A DNA stretch of 64,000 nt from Auanema rhodensis (Eukaryota; Animalia; Nematoda): NCBI GenBank assembly GCA_964057225.1, contig OZ059899.1, positions 19,034,001-19,098,000 of the forward strand, given 5' to 3'. Position numbers and translations under genes: made by a program. Position 1 is the stretch's first letter. Each line of letters begins with the position of its first letter. The notes below the pieces were generated by a model. The model did no database searches. It saw only the letters and a program-made list of their open reading frames with translations, and had not been told where the DNA came from. Positions 1-11,425 of this stretch are shown in pieces.

Positions 1-66
1 CGGTGCATTTTTAAGCTAGCGCAAATCTGATAACACAGATCGACGCAGCTTAAAAATCCGCATCGA
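1..66. other. Hairpin A of the monomer (long imperfect inverted repeat; repeated in each copy)
   Basis: atttttaagct (7-17) / agcttaaaaat (47-57) is a perfect 11-bp pair. Inner pairs are gcg (19-21)/cgc (44-46) and atctg (25-29)/cagat (36-40), with loop ataaca. The outer pair cggtgc (1-6)/gcatcg (60-65) has one G-T. Confidence 0.9.
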
Positions 67-140
67 ATGCACTATACTACATTGAGAAACGCTTGATACA
101 AAAATTAGTTATGATCGTTTGAAAAAAGATGCATTAGTGT

Positions 141-168
141 ATGTTGAGTTTCCATGTACACTCAACAT
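141..168. other. Hairpin B of the monomer (9-bp inverted repeat, 10-nt loop)
   Basis: atgttgagt (141-149) and actcaacat (160-168) are exact reverse complements; the loop is ttccatgtac. Confidence 0.9.
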
Positions 169-175
169 TGCTTCC

Positions 176-241
176 AAAAACATTTTGACAAAAATTTTTC
201 CAAAAAATTTCAAAATAATTTCGCAAAAAGTAAATGTTTTT
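176..241. other. A/T-tract-rich segment of the monomer with nested palindromes
   Basis: aaaaacattttgacaaaaatttttcc(g/a)aaaaatttcaaaataatttcgcaaaaagta(g/a)atgttttt. The segment is bounded by aaaaacat (176-183)/atgttttt (234-241) and has an internal palindrome aaaaattttt (190-199). Confidence 0.85.
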
Positions 242-318
242 AGATTCCGTTTCTCAAGGCAAAGACGATGGACAATGTTATTCAACGAAAAAATTAATTC
301 TGCAGAATGAAAATCGAG

Positions 319-340
319 GATATAAGTGTGAACTTATATC
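319..340. other. Hairpin C of the monomer (9-bp stem, GTGA tetraloop)
   Basis: gatataagt (319-327) - gtga - acttatatc (332-340) is a perfect inverted repeat. Confidence 0.9.
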
Positions 341-2019
341 AGTTGATATCTCGGTGCGTTTTCAAGCTAGCGCAAATCTGATAACACAGATCGACGCAGC
401 TTAAAAATCCTCATCGAATGCACTATACAACATTGAGAAACGCTTAATACAAAAATTAGTTATGATCGTTTGAAAAAAGATGCATTAGTGTATGTTGAGT
501 TTCCATGTACACTCAACATTGCTTCCAAAAACATTTTGACAAAAATTTTTCCAAAAAATTTCAAAATAATTTCGCAAAAAGTAGATGTTTTTAGATTCCT
601 TTTTTCAAGGCAAAGACGATGGACAATGTTATTCAACGAAAAAATTAATTCTGCAGAATGAAAATCGAGGATATAAGTGTGAACTTATATCAGTTGATAT
701 CTCGGTGCATTTTTAAGCTAGCGCAAATCTGATAACACAGATCGACGCAGCTTAAAAATCCGCATCGAATGCACTATACTACATTGAGAAACGCTTAATA
801 CAAAAATTAGTTATGATCGTTTGAAAAAAGATGCATTAGTGTATGTTGAGTTTCCATGTACACTCAACATTGCTTCCAAAAACATTTTGACAAAAATTTT
901 TCCGAAAAATTTCAAAATAATTTCGCAAAAAGTAGATGTTTTTAGATTCCTTTTTTCAAGGCAAAGACGATGGACAATGTTATTTAACGAAAAAATTAAT
1001 TCTGCAGGGTGAAAATCGAGGATATAAGTGTGAACTTATATCAGTTGATATCTCGGTGCATTTTTAAGCTAGCGCAAATCTGATAACACAGATCGACGCA
1101 GCTTAAAAATCCGCATCGAATGCACTATACTACATTGAGAAACGCTTAATACAAAAATTAGTTATGATCGTTTGAAAAAAGATGCATTAGTGTAAGTTGA
1201 GTTTCCATGTACACTCAACATTGCTTCCAAAAACATTTTGACAAAAATTTTTCCGAAAAATTTCAAAATAATTTCGCAAAAAGTAGATGTTTTCAGATTC
1301 CTTTTTTCAAGGCAAAAACGATGGACAAAGTTATTCAACGAAAAAATTAATTCTGCAGGGTGAAAATCGAGGATATAAGTGTGAACTTATATCAGTTGAT
1401 ATCTCGGTGCATTTTTAAGCTAGCGCAAATCTGATAACACAGATCGACGCAGCTTAAAAATCCGCATCGAATGCACTATACTACATTGAGAAACGCTTGA
1501 TACAAAAATTAGTTATGATCGTTTGAAAAAAGATGCATTAGTGTATGTTGAGTTTCCATGTACACTCAACATTGCTTCCAAAAACATTTTGACAAAAATT
1601 TTTCCAAAAAATTTCAAAATAATTTCGCAAAAAGTAAATGTTTTTAGATTCCGTTTTTCAAGGCAAAGACGATGGACAATGTTATTCAACGAAAAAATTA
1701 ATTCTGCAGAATGAAAATCGAGGATATAAGTGTGAACTTATATCAGTTGATATCTCGGTGCATTTTTAAGCTAGCGCAAATCTGATAACACAGATCGACG
1801 CAGCTTAAAAATCCGCATCGAATGCACTATACTACATTGAGAAACGCTTGATACAAAAATTAGTTATGATCGTTTGAAAAAAGATGCATTAGTGTATGTT
1901 GAGTTTCCATGTACACTCAACATTGCTTCCAAAAACATTTTGACAAAAATTTTTCCAAAAAATTTCAAAATAATTTCGCAAAAAGTAAATGTTTTTAGAT
2001 TCCGTTTCTCAAGGCAAAG

Positions 2020-5000
2020 ACGATGGACAATGTTATTCAACGAAAAAATTAATTCTGCAGAATGAAAATCGAGGATATAAGTGTGAACTTATATCAGTTG
2101 ATATCTCGGTGCGTTTTCAAGCTAGCGCAAATCTGATAACACAGATCGACGCAGCTTAAAAATCCTCATCGAATGCACTATACAACATTGAGAAACGCTT
2201 AATACAAAAATTAGTTATGATCGTTTGAAAAAAGATGCATTAGTGTATGTTGAGTTTCCATGTACACTCAACATTGCTTCCAAAAACATTTTGACAAAAA
2301 TTTTTCCAAAAAATTTCAAAATAATTTCGCAAAAAGTAGATGTTTTTAGATTCCTTTTTTCAAGGCAAAGACGATGGACAATGTTATTCAACGAAAAATT
2401 TAATTCTCCAGGGTGAAAATCGAGGATGTAAGTGTGAATTTATATAAGTTGATATCTCGGTGCATTTTTAAGCTAGCGCAAATCTGATAACACAGATCGA
2501 CGCAGCGTAAAAATCCGCATCGAATGCACTATACAACATTGAGAAACGCTTAATACAAAAATTAGTTATGATCGTTTGAAAAATGATGCATTAGTGTATG
2601 TTGAGTTTCCATGTACACTCAACATTGCTTCCAAAAACATTTTGACAAAAATTTTTCCAAAAAATTTCAAAATAATTTCGCAAAAAGTAAATGTTTTTAG
2701 ATTCCGTTTTTCAAGGCAAAGACGATGGACAATGTTATTCAACGAAAAAATTAATTCTGCAGAATGAAAATCGAGGATATAAGTGTGAATTTATATAAGT
2801 TGATATCTCGGTGCATTTTTAAGCTAGCGCAAATCTGATAACACAGATCGACGCAGCGTAAAAATCCGCATCGAATGCACTATACAACATTGAGAAACGC
2901 TTAATACAAAAATTAGTTATGATCGTTTGAAAAATGATGCATTAGTGTATGTTGAGTTTCCATGTACACTCAACATTGCTTCCAAAAACATTTTGACAAA
3001 ACTTTTTCCGGAAAATTTCAAAATAATTTCGCAAAAAGTAGATGTTTTTAGATTCCTTTTTTCAAGGCAAAGACGATGGACAATGTTATTCAACGAAAAA
3101 TTTAATTCTCCAGGGTGAAAATCGAGGATGTTAGTGTGAACTTATATCAGTTGATATCTCGGTGCATTTTTAAGCTAGCGCAAATCTGATAACACAGATC
3201 GACGCAACTTAAAAATCCGCATCGAATGCACTATACAACATTGAGAAACGCTTAATACAAAAATTAGTTATGATCGTTTGAAAAATGATGCATTAGTGTA
3301 TGTTGAGTTTCCATGTACACTCAACATTGCTTCCAAAAACATTTTGACAAAAATTTTTCCGAAAAATTTCAAAATAATTTCGCAAAAAGTAGATGTTTTT
3401 AGATTCCTTTTTTCAAGGCAAAGACGATGGACAATGTTATTCAACGAAAAAATTAATTCTCCAGGGTGAAAATCGAGGATGTAAGTGTGAACTTATATCA
3501 GTTGATATCTCGGTGCATTTTTAAGCTAGCGCAAATCTGATAACACAGATCGACGCAGCTTACAAATCCGCATCGAATGCACTATACAACATTGAGAAAC
3601 GCTTAATACAAAAATTAGTTATGATCGTTTGAAAAATGATGCATTAGTGTATGTTGAGTTTCCATGTACACTCAACATTGCTTCCAAAAACATTTTGACA
3701 AAAATTTTTCCGAAAAATTTCAAAATAATTTCGCAAAAAGTAGATGTTTTTAGATTCCTTTTTTCAAGGCAAAGACGATGGACAATGTTATTCAACGAAA
3801 AAATTAATTCTCCAGGGTGAAAATCGAGGATGTAAGTGTGAACTTATATCAGTTGATATCTCGGTGCATTTTTAAGCTAGCGCAAATCTGATAACACAGA
3901 TCGACGCAGCTTAAAAAGCCGCATCGAAAGCACTATACAACATTGAGAAACGCATAATACAAAAATTAGTTATGATCGTTTGAAAAATGATGCATTAGTG
4001 TATGTTGAGTTTCCATGTACACTCAACATTGCTTCCAAAAACATTTTTACAAAAATTTTTCCGAAAAATTTCAAATTAATTTCGCAAAAAGTAGATGTTT
4101 TTAGATTCCTTTTTTCAAGGCAAAGACGATGGACAAAGTTATTCAACGAAAAAATTAATTCTGCAGGGTGAAAATCGAGGATATAATTGTGAACTTATAT
4201 CAGTTGATATCTCGGTGCATTTTTAAGCTAGCGCAAATCTGATAACACAGATCGACGCAGCTTAAAAATCCGCATCGAATGCACTATACAACATTGAGAA
4301 ACGCTTAATACAAAAATTAGTTATGATCGTTTGAAAAATGATGCATTAGTGTATGTTGAGTTTCCATGTACACTCAACATTGCTTCCAAAAACATTTTGA
4401 CAAAACTTTTTCCGGAAAATTTCAAAATAATTTCGCAAAAAGTAGATGTTTTTAGATTCCTTTTTTCAAGGCAAAGACGATGGACAATGTTATTCAACGA
4501 AAAAATTAATTCTGCAGAATGAAAATCGAGGATATAAGTGTGAACTTATATCAGTTGATATCTCGGTGCGTTTTCAAGCTAGCGCAAATCTGATAACACA
4601 GATCGACGCAGCTTAAAAATCCTCATCGAATGCACTATACAACATTGAGAAACGCTTAATACAAAAATTAGTTATGATCGTTTGAAAAAAGATGCATTAG
4701 TGTATGTTGAGTTTCCATGTACACTCAACATTGCTTCCAAAAACATTTTGACAAAAATTTTTCCAAAAAATTTCAAAATAATTTCGCAAAAAGTAGATGT
4801 TTTTAGATTCCTTTTTTCAAGGCAAAGACGATGGACAATGTTATTCAACGAAAAATTTAATTCTCCAGGGTGAAAATCGAGGATGTAAGTGTGAATTTAT
4901 ATAAGTTGATATCTCGGTGCATTTTTAAGCTAGCGCAAATCTGATAACACAGATCGACGCAGCGTAAAAATCCGCATCGAATGCACTATACAACATTGAG

Positions 5001-6860
5001 AAACGCTTAATACAAAAATTAGTTATGATCGTTTGAAAAATGATGCATTAGTGTATGTTGAGTTTCCATGTACACTCAACATTGCTTCCAAAAACATTTT
5101 GACAAAAATTTTTCCAAAAAATTTCAAAATAATTTCGCAAAAAGTAAATGTTTTTAGATTCCGTTTCTCAAGGCAAAGACGATGGACAATGTTATTCAAC
5201 GAAAAAATTAATTCTGCAGAATGAAAATCGAGGATATAAGTGTGAATTTATATAAGTTGATATCTCGGTGCATTTTTAAGCTAGCGCAAATCTGATAACA
5301 CAGATCGACGCAGCGTAAAAATCCGCATCGAATGCACTATACAACATTGAGAAACGCTTAATACAAAAATTAGTTATGATCGTTTGAAAAATGATGCATT
5401 AGTGTATGTTGAGTTTCCATGTACACTCAACATTGCTTCCAAAAACATTTTGACAAAACTTTTTCCGGAAAATTTCAAAATAATTTCGCAAAAAGTAGAT
5501 GTTTTTAGATTCCTTTTTTCAAGGCAAAGACGATGGACAATGTTATTCAACGAAAAATTTAATTCTCCAGGGTGAAAATCGAGGATGTTAGTGTGAACTT
5601 ATATCAGTTGATATCTCGGTGCATTTTTAAGCTAGCGCAAATCTGATAACACAGATCGACGCAACTTAAAAATCCGCATCGAATGCACTATACAACATTG
5701 AGAAACGCTTAATACAAAAATTAGTTATGATCGTTTGAAAAATGATGCATTAGTGTATGTTGAGTTTCCATGTACACTCAACATTGCTTCCAAAAACATT
5801 TTGACAAAAATTTTTCCGAAAAATTTCAAAATAATTTCGCAAAAAGTAGATGTTTTTAGATTCCTTTTTTCAAGGCAAAGACGATGGACAATGTTATTCA
5901 ACGAAAAAATTAATTCTCCAGGGTGAAAATCGAGGATGTAAGTGTGAACTTATATCAGTTGATATCTCGGTGCATTTTTAAGCTAGCGCAAATCTGATAA
6001 CACAGATCGACGCAGCTTACAAATCCGCATCGAATGCACTATACAACATTGAGAAACGCTTAATACAAAAATTAGTTATGATCGTTTGAAAAATGATGCA
6101 TTAGTGTATGTTGAGTTTCCATGTACACTCAACATTGCTTCCAAAAACATTTTGACAAAAATTTTTCCGAAAAATTTCAAAATAATTTCGCAAAAAGTAG
6201 ATGTTTTTAGATTCCTTTTTTCAAGGCAAAGACGATGGACAATGTTATTCAACGAAAAAATTAATTCTCCAGGGTGAAAATCGAGGATGTAAGTGTGAAC
6301 TTATATCAGTTGATATCTCGGTGCATTTTTAAGCTAGCGCAAATCTGATAACACAGATCGACGCAGCTTAAAAAGCCGCATCGAAAGCACTATACAACAT
6401 TGAGAAACGCATAATACAAAAATTAGTTATGATCGTTTGAAAAATGATGCATTAGTGTATGTTGAGTTTCCATGTACACTCAACATTGCTTCCAAAAACA
6501 TTTTTACAAAAATTTTTCCGAAAAATTTCAAATTAATTTCGCAAAAAGTAGATGTTTTTAGATTCCTTTTTTCAAGGCAAAGACGATGGACAAAGTTATT
6601 CAACGAAAAAATTAATTCTGCAGGGTGAAAATCGAGGATATAATTGTGAACTTATATCAGTTGATATCTCGGTGCATTTTTAAGCTAGCGCAAATCTGAT
6701 AACACAGATCGACGCAGCTTAAAAATCCGCATCGAATGCACTATACAACATTGAGAAACGCTTAATACAAAAATTAGTTATGATCGTTTGAAAAATGATG
6801 CATTAGTGTATGTTGAGTTTCCATGTACACTCAACATTGCTTCCAAAAACATTTTGACAA
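2020..6860. repeat. Local higher-order duplication, period 7 monomers (2457 bp), 2 copies
   Basis: The same ordered variants recur 2457 bp apart: gcgttttcaag at 2111/4568, and ORF variants 2225/4682, 2576/5033, 2927/5384, 3980/6437. Confidence 0.9.
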
Positions 6861-7399
6861 AAATTTTTCCGAAAAATTTCAAAATAATTTCGCAAAAAGT
6901 AGATGTTTTTAGATTCTTTTTTTCAAGGCAAAGACGATGGACAATGTTATTCAACGAAAAAATTAATTCTCCAGGGTGAAAATCGAGGATGTAAGTGTGA
7001 ACTTATATCAGTTGATATCTCGGTGCATTTTTAAGCTAGCGCAAATCTGATAACACAGATCGACGCAGCTTAAAAATCCGCATCGAGTGCATTATACTAC
7101 ATTGAGAAACGCTTAATACAAAAATTAGTTATGATCGTTTGAAAAATGATGCATTAGTGTATGTTGAGTTTCCATGTACACTCAACATTGCTTCCAAAAA
7201 CATTTTGACAAAAATTTTTCCGAAAAATTTCAAAATAATTTCGCAAAAAGTAGATGTTTTTAGATTCCTTTTTTCAAGGCAAAAACGATGGACAATGTTA
7301 TTCAACGAAAAAGTTAATTCTCCAGGGTGAAAATCGAGGATGTAAGTGTGAACTTATATCAGTTGATATCTCGGTGCATTTTTAAGCTAGCGCAAATCT

Positions 7400-8800
7400 G
7401 ATAACACAGATCGACGCAGCTTAAAAATCCGCATCGAGTGCATTTTACTACATTGAGAAACGCTTAATACAAAAATTAGTTATGATCGTTTGAAAAATGA
7501 TGCATTAGTGTATGTTGAGTTTCCATGTACACTCAACATTGCTTCCAAAAACATTTTGACAAAAATTTTTCCAAAAAATTTCAAAATAATTTCGCAAAAA
7601 GTAGATGTTTTTAGATTCCTTTTTTCAAGGCAAAGACGATGGACAATGTTATTCAACGAAAAAATTAATTCTCCAGGGTGAAAATCGAGGATGTAAGTGT
7701 GAACTTATATCAGTTGATATCTCGGTGCATTTTTAAGCTAGCGCAAATCTGATAACACAGATCGACGCAGCTTAAAAAGCCGCATCGAAAGCACTATACA
7801 ACATTGAGAAACGCATAATACAAAAATTAGTTATGATCGTTTGAAAAATGATGCATTAGTGTATGTTGAGTTTCCATGTACACTCAACATTGCTTCCAAA
7901 AACATTTTTACAAAAATTTTTCCGAAAAATTTCGAAACAATTTCGCAAAAAGTAGATGTTTTTAGATTCCTTTTTTCAAGGCAAAGACGATGGACATTGT
8001 TATTCAACGAAAAAATTAATTCTGCAGGGTGAAAATCGAGAATATAAGTGTGAACTTATATCAGTTGATATCTCGGTGCATTTTTAAGCTAGCGCAAATC
8101 TGATAACACAGATCGACGCAGCTTAAAAATCCGCATCGAGTGCATTTTACTACATTGAGAAACGCTTAATACAAAAATTAGTTATGATCGTTTGAAAAAT
8201 GATGCATTAGTGTATGTTGAGTTTCCATGTACACTCAACATTGCTTCCAAAAACATTTTGACAAAAATTTTTCCAAAAAATTTCAAAATAATTTCGCAAA
8301 AAGTAGATGTTTTTAGATTCCTTTTTTCAAGGCAAAGACGATGGACAATGTTATTCAACGAAAAAATTAATTCTCCAGGGTGAAAATCGAGGATGTAAGT
8401 GTGAACTTATATCAGTTGATATCTCGGTGCATTTTTAAGCTAGCGCAAATCTGATAACACAGATCGACGCAGCTTAAAAAGCCGCATCGAAAGCACTATA
8501 CAACATTGAGAAACGCATAATACAAAAATTAGTTATGATCGTTTGAAAAATGATGCATTAGTGTATGTTGAGTTTCCATGTACACTCAACATTGCTTCCA
8601 AAAACATTTTTACAAAAATTTTTCCGAAAAATTTCGAAACAATTTCGCAAAAAGTAGATGTTTTTAGATTCCTTTTTTCAAGGCAAAGACGATGGACATT
8701 GTTATTCAACGAAAAAATTAATTCTGCAGGGTGAAAATCGAGAATATAAGTGTGAACTTATATCAGTTGATATCTCGGTGCATTTTTAAGCTAGCGCAAA
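7400..8800. repeat. Dimer duplication (702 bp)
   Basis: Units 7490/8192 (gagtgcattttactac upstream) and 7841/8543 (ttcgaaacaat, gacattg, gagaatat) match. Confidence 0.85.
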
Positions 8801-11425
8801 TCTGATAACACAGATCGACGCAGCTTAAAAATCCGCATCGAATGCACTATACTACATTGAGAAACGCTTAATACAAAAATAAGTTATGATCGTTTGAAAA
8901 ATGATGCATTAGTGTATGTTGAGTTTCCATGTACACTCAACATTGCTTCCAAAAACATTTTGACAAAAATTTTTCCGAAAAATTTCAAAAAAATTTCGCA
9001 AAAAGTAGATGTTTTTAGATTCCTTTTTTCAAGGCAAAGACGATGGACATTGTTATTCAACGAAAAAATTAATTCTGCAGGGTGAAAATCGAGGATATAA
9101 GTGTGAACTTATATCAGTTGATATCTCGGTGAATTTTTAAGCTAGCGCAAATCTGATAAAACAGATCGACGCAGTTTAAAAATCCGCATCGAATGCACTA
9201 TACAACATTGAGAAACGCTTAATACAAAAATTAGTTATGATCGTTTGAAAAAAGATGCATTAGTGTATGTTGAGTTTCCATGTACACTCAACATTGCTTC
9301 CAAAAACATTTTGACAAAAATTTTTCCGAAAAATTTCAAAATAATTTCGCAAAAAATAGAAGTTTTTAGATTCCTTTTTTCAAGGCAAAGACGATGGACA
9401 ATGTTATTCAACGAAAAAATTATTTCTGCAGGGTGAAAATCGAGGATATAAGTGTGAACTTATATCAGTTGATATCTCGGTGCATTTTTGAGCTAGCGCA
9501 AATCTGATAACACAGATCGACGCAGCTTAAAAAGCCGCATCGAAAGCACTATACAACATTGAGAAACGCATAATACAAAAATTAGTTATGATCGTTTGAA
9601 AAATGATGCATTAGTGTATGTTGAGTTTCCATGTACACTCAACATTGCTTCCAAAAACATTTTGACAAAAATTTTTCCAAAAAATTTCAAAATAATTTCG
9701 CAAAAAGTAGATGTTTTTAGATTCCTTTTTTCAAGGCAAAGACGATGGACAATGTTATTCAACGAAAAAATTAATTCTGCAGGGTGAAAATCGAGGATGT
9801 AAGTGTGAACTTATATCAGTTGATATCTCGGTGCATTTTTAAGCTAGCGCAAATCTGATAACACAGATCGACGCAGCTTAAAAATCCGCATCGAATGCAC
9901 TATACAACATTGAAAAACGCTTAATACAAAAATTAGTTATGATCGTTTGAAAAATGATGCATTAGTGTATGTTGAGTTTCCATGTACACTCAACATTGCT
10001 TCCAAAAACATTTTGACAAAAATTTTTCCGAAAAATTTCGAAACAATTTCGCAAAAAGTAGATGTTTTTAGATTCCTTTTTTCAAGGCAAAGACGATGGA
10101 CATTGTTATTCAACGAAAAAATTAATTCTGCAGGGTGAAAATCGAGAATATAAGTGTGAACTTATATCAGTTGATATCTCGGTGCATTTTTAAGCTAGCG
10201 CAAATCTGATAACACAGATCGACGCAGCTTAAAAATCCGCATCGAATGCACTATACTACATTGAGAAACGCTTAATACAAAAATAAGTTATGATCGTTTG
10301 AAAAATGATGCATTAGTGTATGTTGAGTTTCCATGTACACTCAACATTGCTTCCAAAAACATTTTGACAAAAATTTTTCCGAAAAATTTCAAAAAAATTT
10401 CGCAAAAAGTAGATGTTTTTAGATTCCTTTTTTCAAGGCAAAGACGATGGACATTGTTATTCAACGAAAAAATTAATTCTGCAGGGTGAAAATCGAGGAT
10501 ATAAGTGTGAACTTATATCAGTTGATATCTCGGTGAATTTTTAAGCTAGCGCAAATCTGATAAAACAGATCGACGCAGTTTAAAAATCCGCATCGAATGC
10601 ACTATACAACATTGAGAAACGCTTAATACAAAAATTAGTTATGATCGTTTGAAAAAAGATGCATTAGTGTATGTTGAGTTTCCATGTACACTCAACATTG
10701 CTTCCAAAAACATTTTGACAAAAATTTTTCCGAAAAATTTCAAAATAATTTCGCAAAAAATAGAAGTTTTTAGATTCCTTTTTTCAAGGCAAAGACGATG
10801 GACAATGTTATTCAACGAAAAAATTATTTCTGCAGGGTGAAAATCGAGGATATAAGTGTGAACTTATATCAGTTGATATCTCGGTGCATTTTTGAGCTAG
10901 CGCAAATCTGATAACACAGATCGACGCAGCTTAAAAAGCCGCATCGAAAGCACTATACAACATTGAGAAACGCATAATACAAAAATTAGTTATGATCGTT
11001 TGAAAAATGATGCATTAGTGTATGTTGAGTTTCCATGTACACTCAACATTGCTTCCAAAAACATTTTGACAAAAATTTTTCCAAAAAATTTCAAAATAAT
11101 TTCGCAAAAAGTAGATGTTTTTAGATTCCTTTTTTCAAGGCAAAGACGATGGACAATGTTATTCAACGAAAAAATTAATTCTGCAGGGTGAAAATCGAGG
11201 ATGTAAGTGTGAACTTATATCAGTTGATATCTCGGTGCATTTTTAAGCTAGCGCAAATCTGATAACACAGATCGACGCAGCTTAAAAATCCGCATCGAAT
11301 GCACTATACAACATTGAAAAACGCTTAATACAAAAATTAGTTATGATCGTTTGAAAAATGATGCATTAGTGTATGTTGAGTTTCCATGTACACTCAACAT
11401 TGCTTCCAAAAACATTTTGACAAAA
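8615..11425. repeat. Tetramer duplication (1404 bp), 2 copies
   Basis: Units 8894/10298, 9245/10649 (KIEV..IISAG) and 9596/11000 match. The rare attgaaaaacg variant is at ~9910 and ~11315. Confidence 0.9.

Larger units (their letters stand above)
1..351. repeat. Representative monomer (arbitrary phase), ~32% GC
   Basis: Hand count gives 56 C and 56 G in 351 nt. It contains NheI (gctagc), NsiI (atgcat), BsrGI (tgtaca) and EcoRV (gatatc) sites, and a polymorphic PstI site (ctgcag/ctccag). Confidence 0.97.

Noticed and set aside
7-57. Compensatory covariation in hairpin A
   Set aside because: Some alleles give G-T wobbles (tttttgagct, gcagtttaaa), but others break pairs (gcagcgtaaa, gcaactt, ttacaaat, tttttcagc, ttttcaag). 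No true double compensatory change was seen.
27-92. Hammerhead ribozyme, as in newt, schistosome or cricket satellites
   Set aside because: The closest core matches are CTGATAA (+) and CTGATAT (-), not CTGANGA. I could not build stems I-III linking to a GAAA. An Infernal/Rfam search would settle it.
1-351. 5S rRNA, tRNA, snRNA or spliced-leader tandem gene unit
   Set aside because: I recognised no 5S, tRNA cloverleaf, Pol III A/B box or known SL sequence on either strand. This was by eye only and needs cmscan to be fully excluded.
1-351. Monomer as a diverged dimer of ~175-bp subunits, or containing a canonical CENP-B box
   Set aside because: I saw no convincing similarity between the two halves and no match to the TTCG-N4-A-N2-CGGG core.
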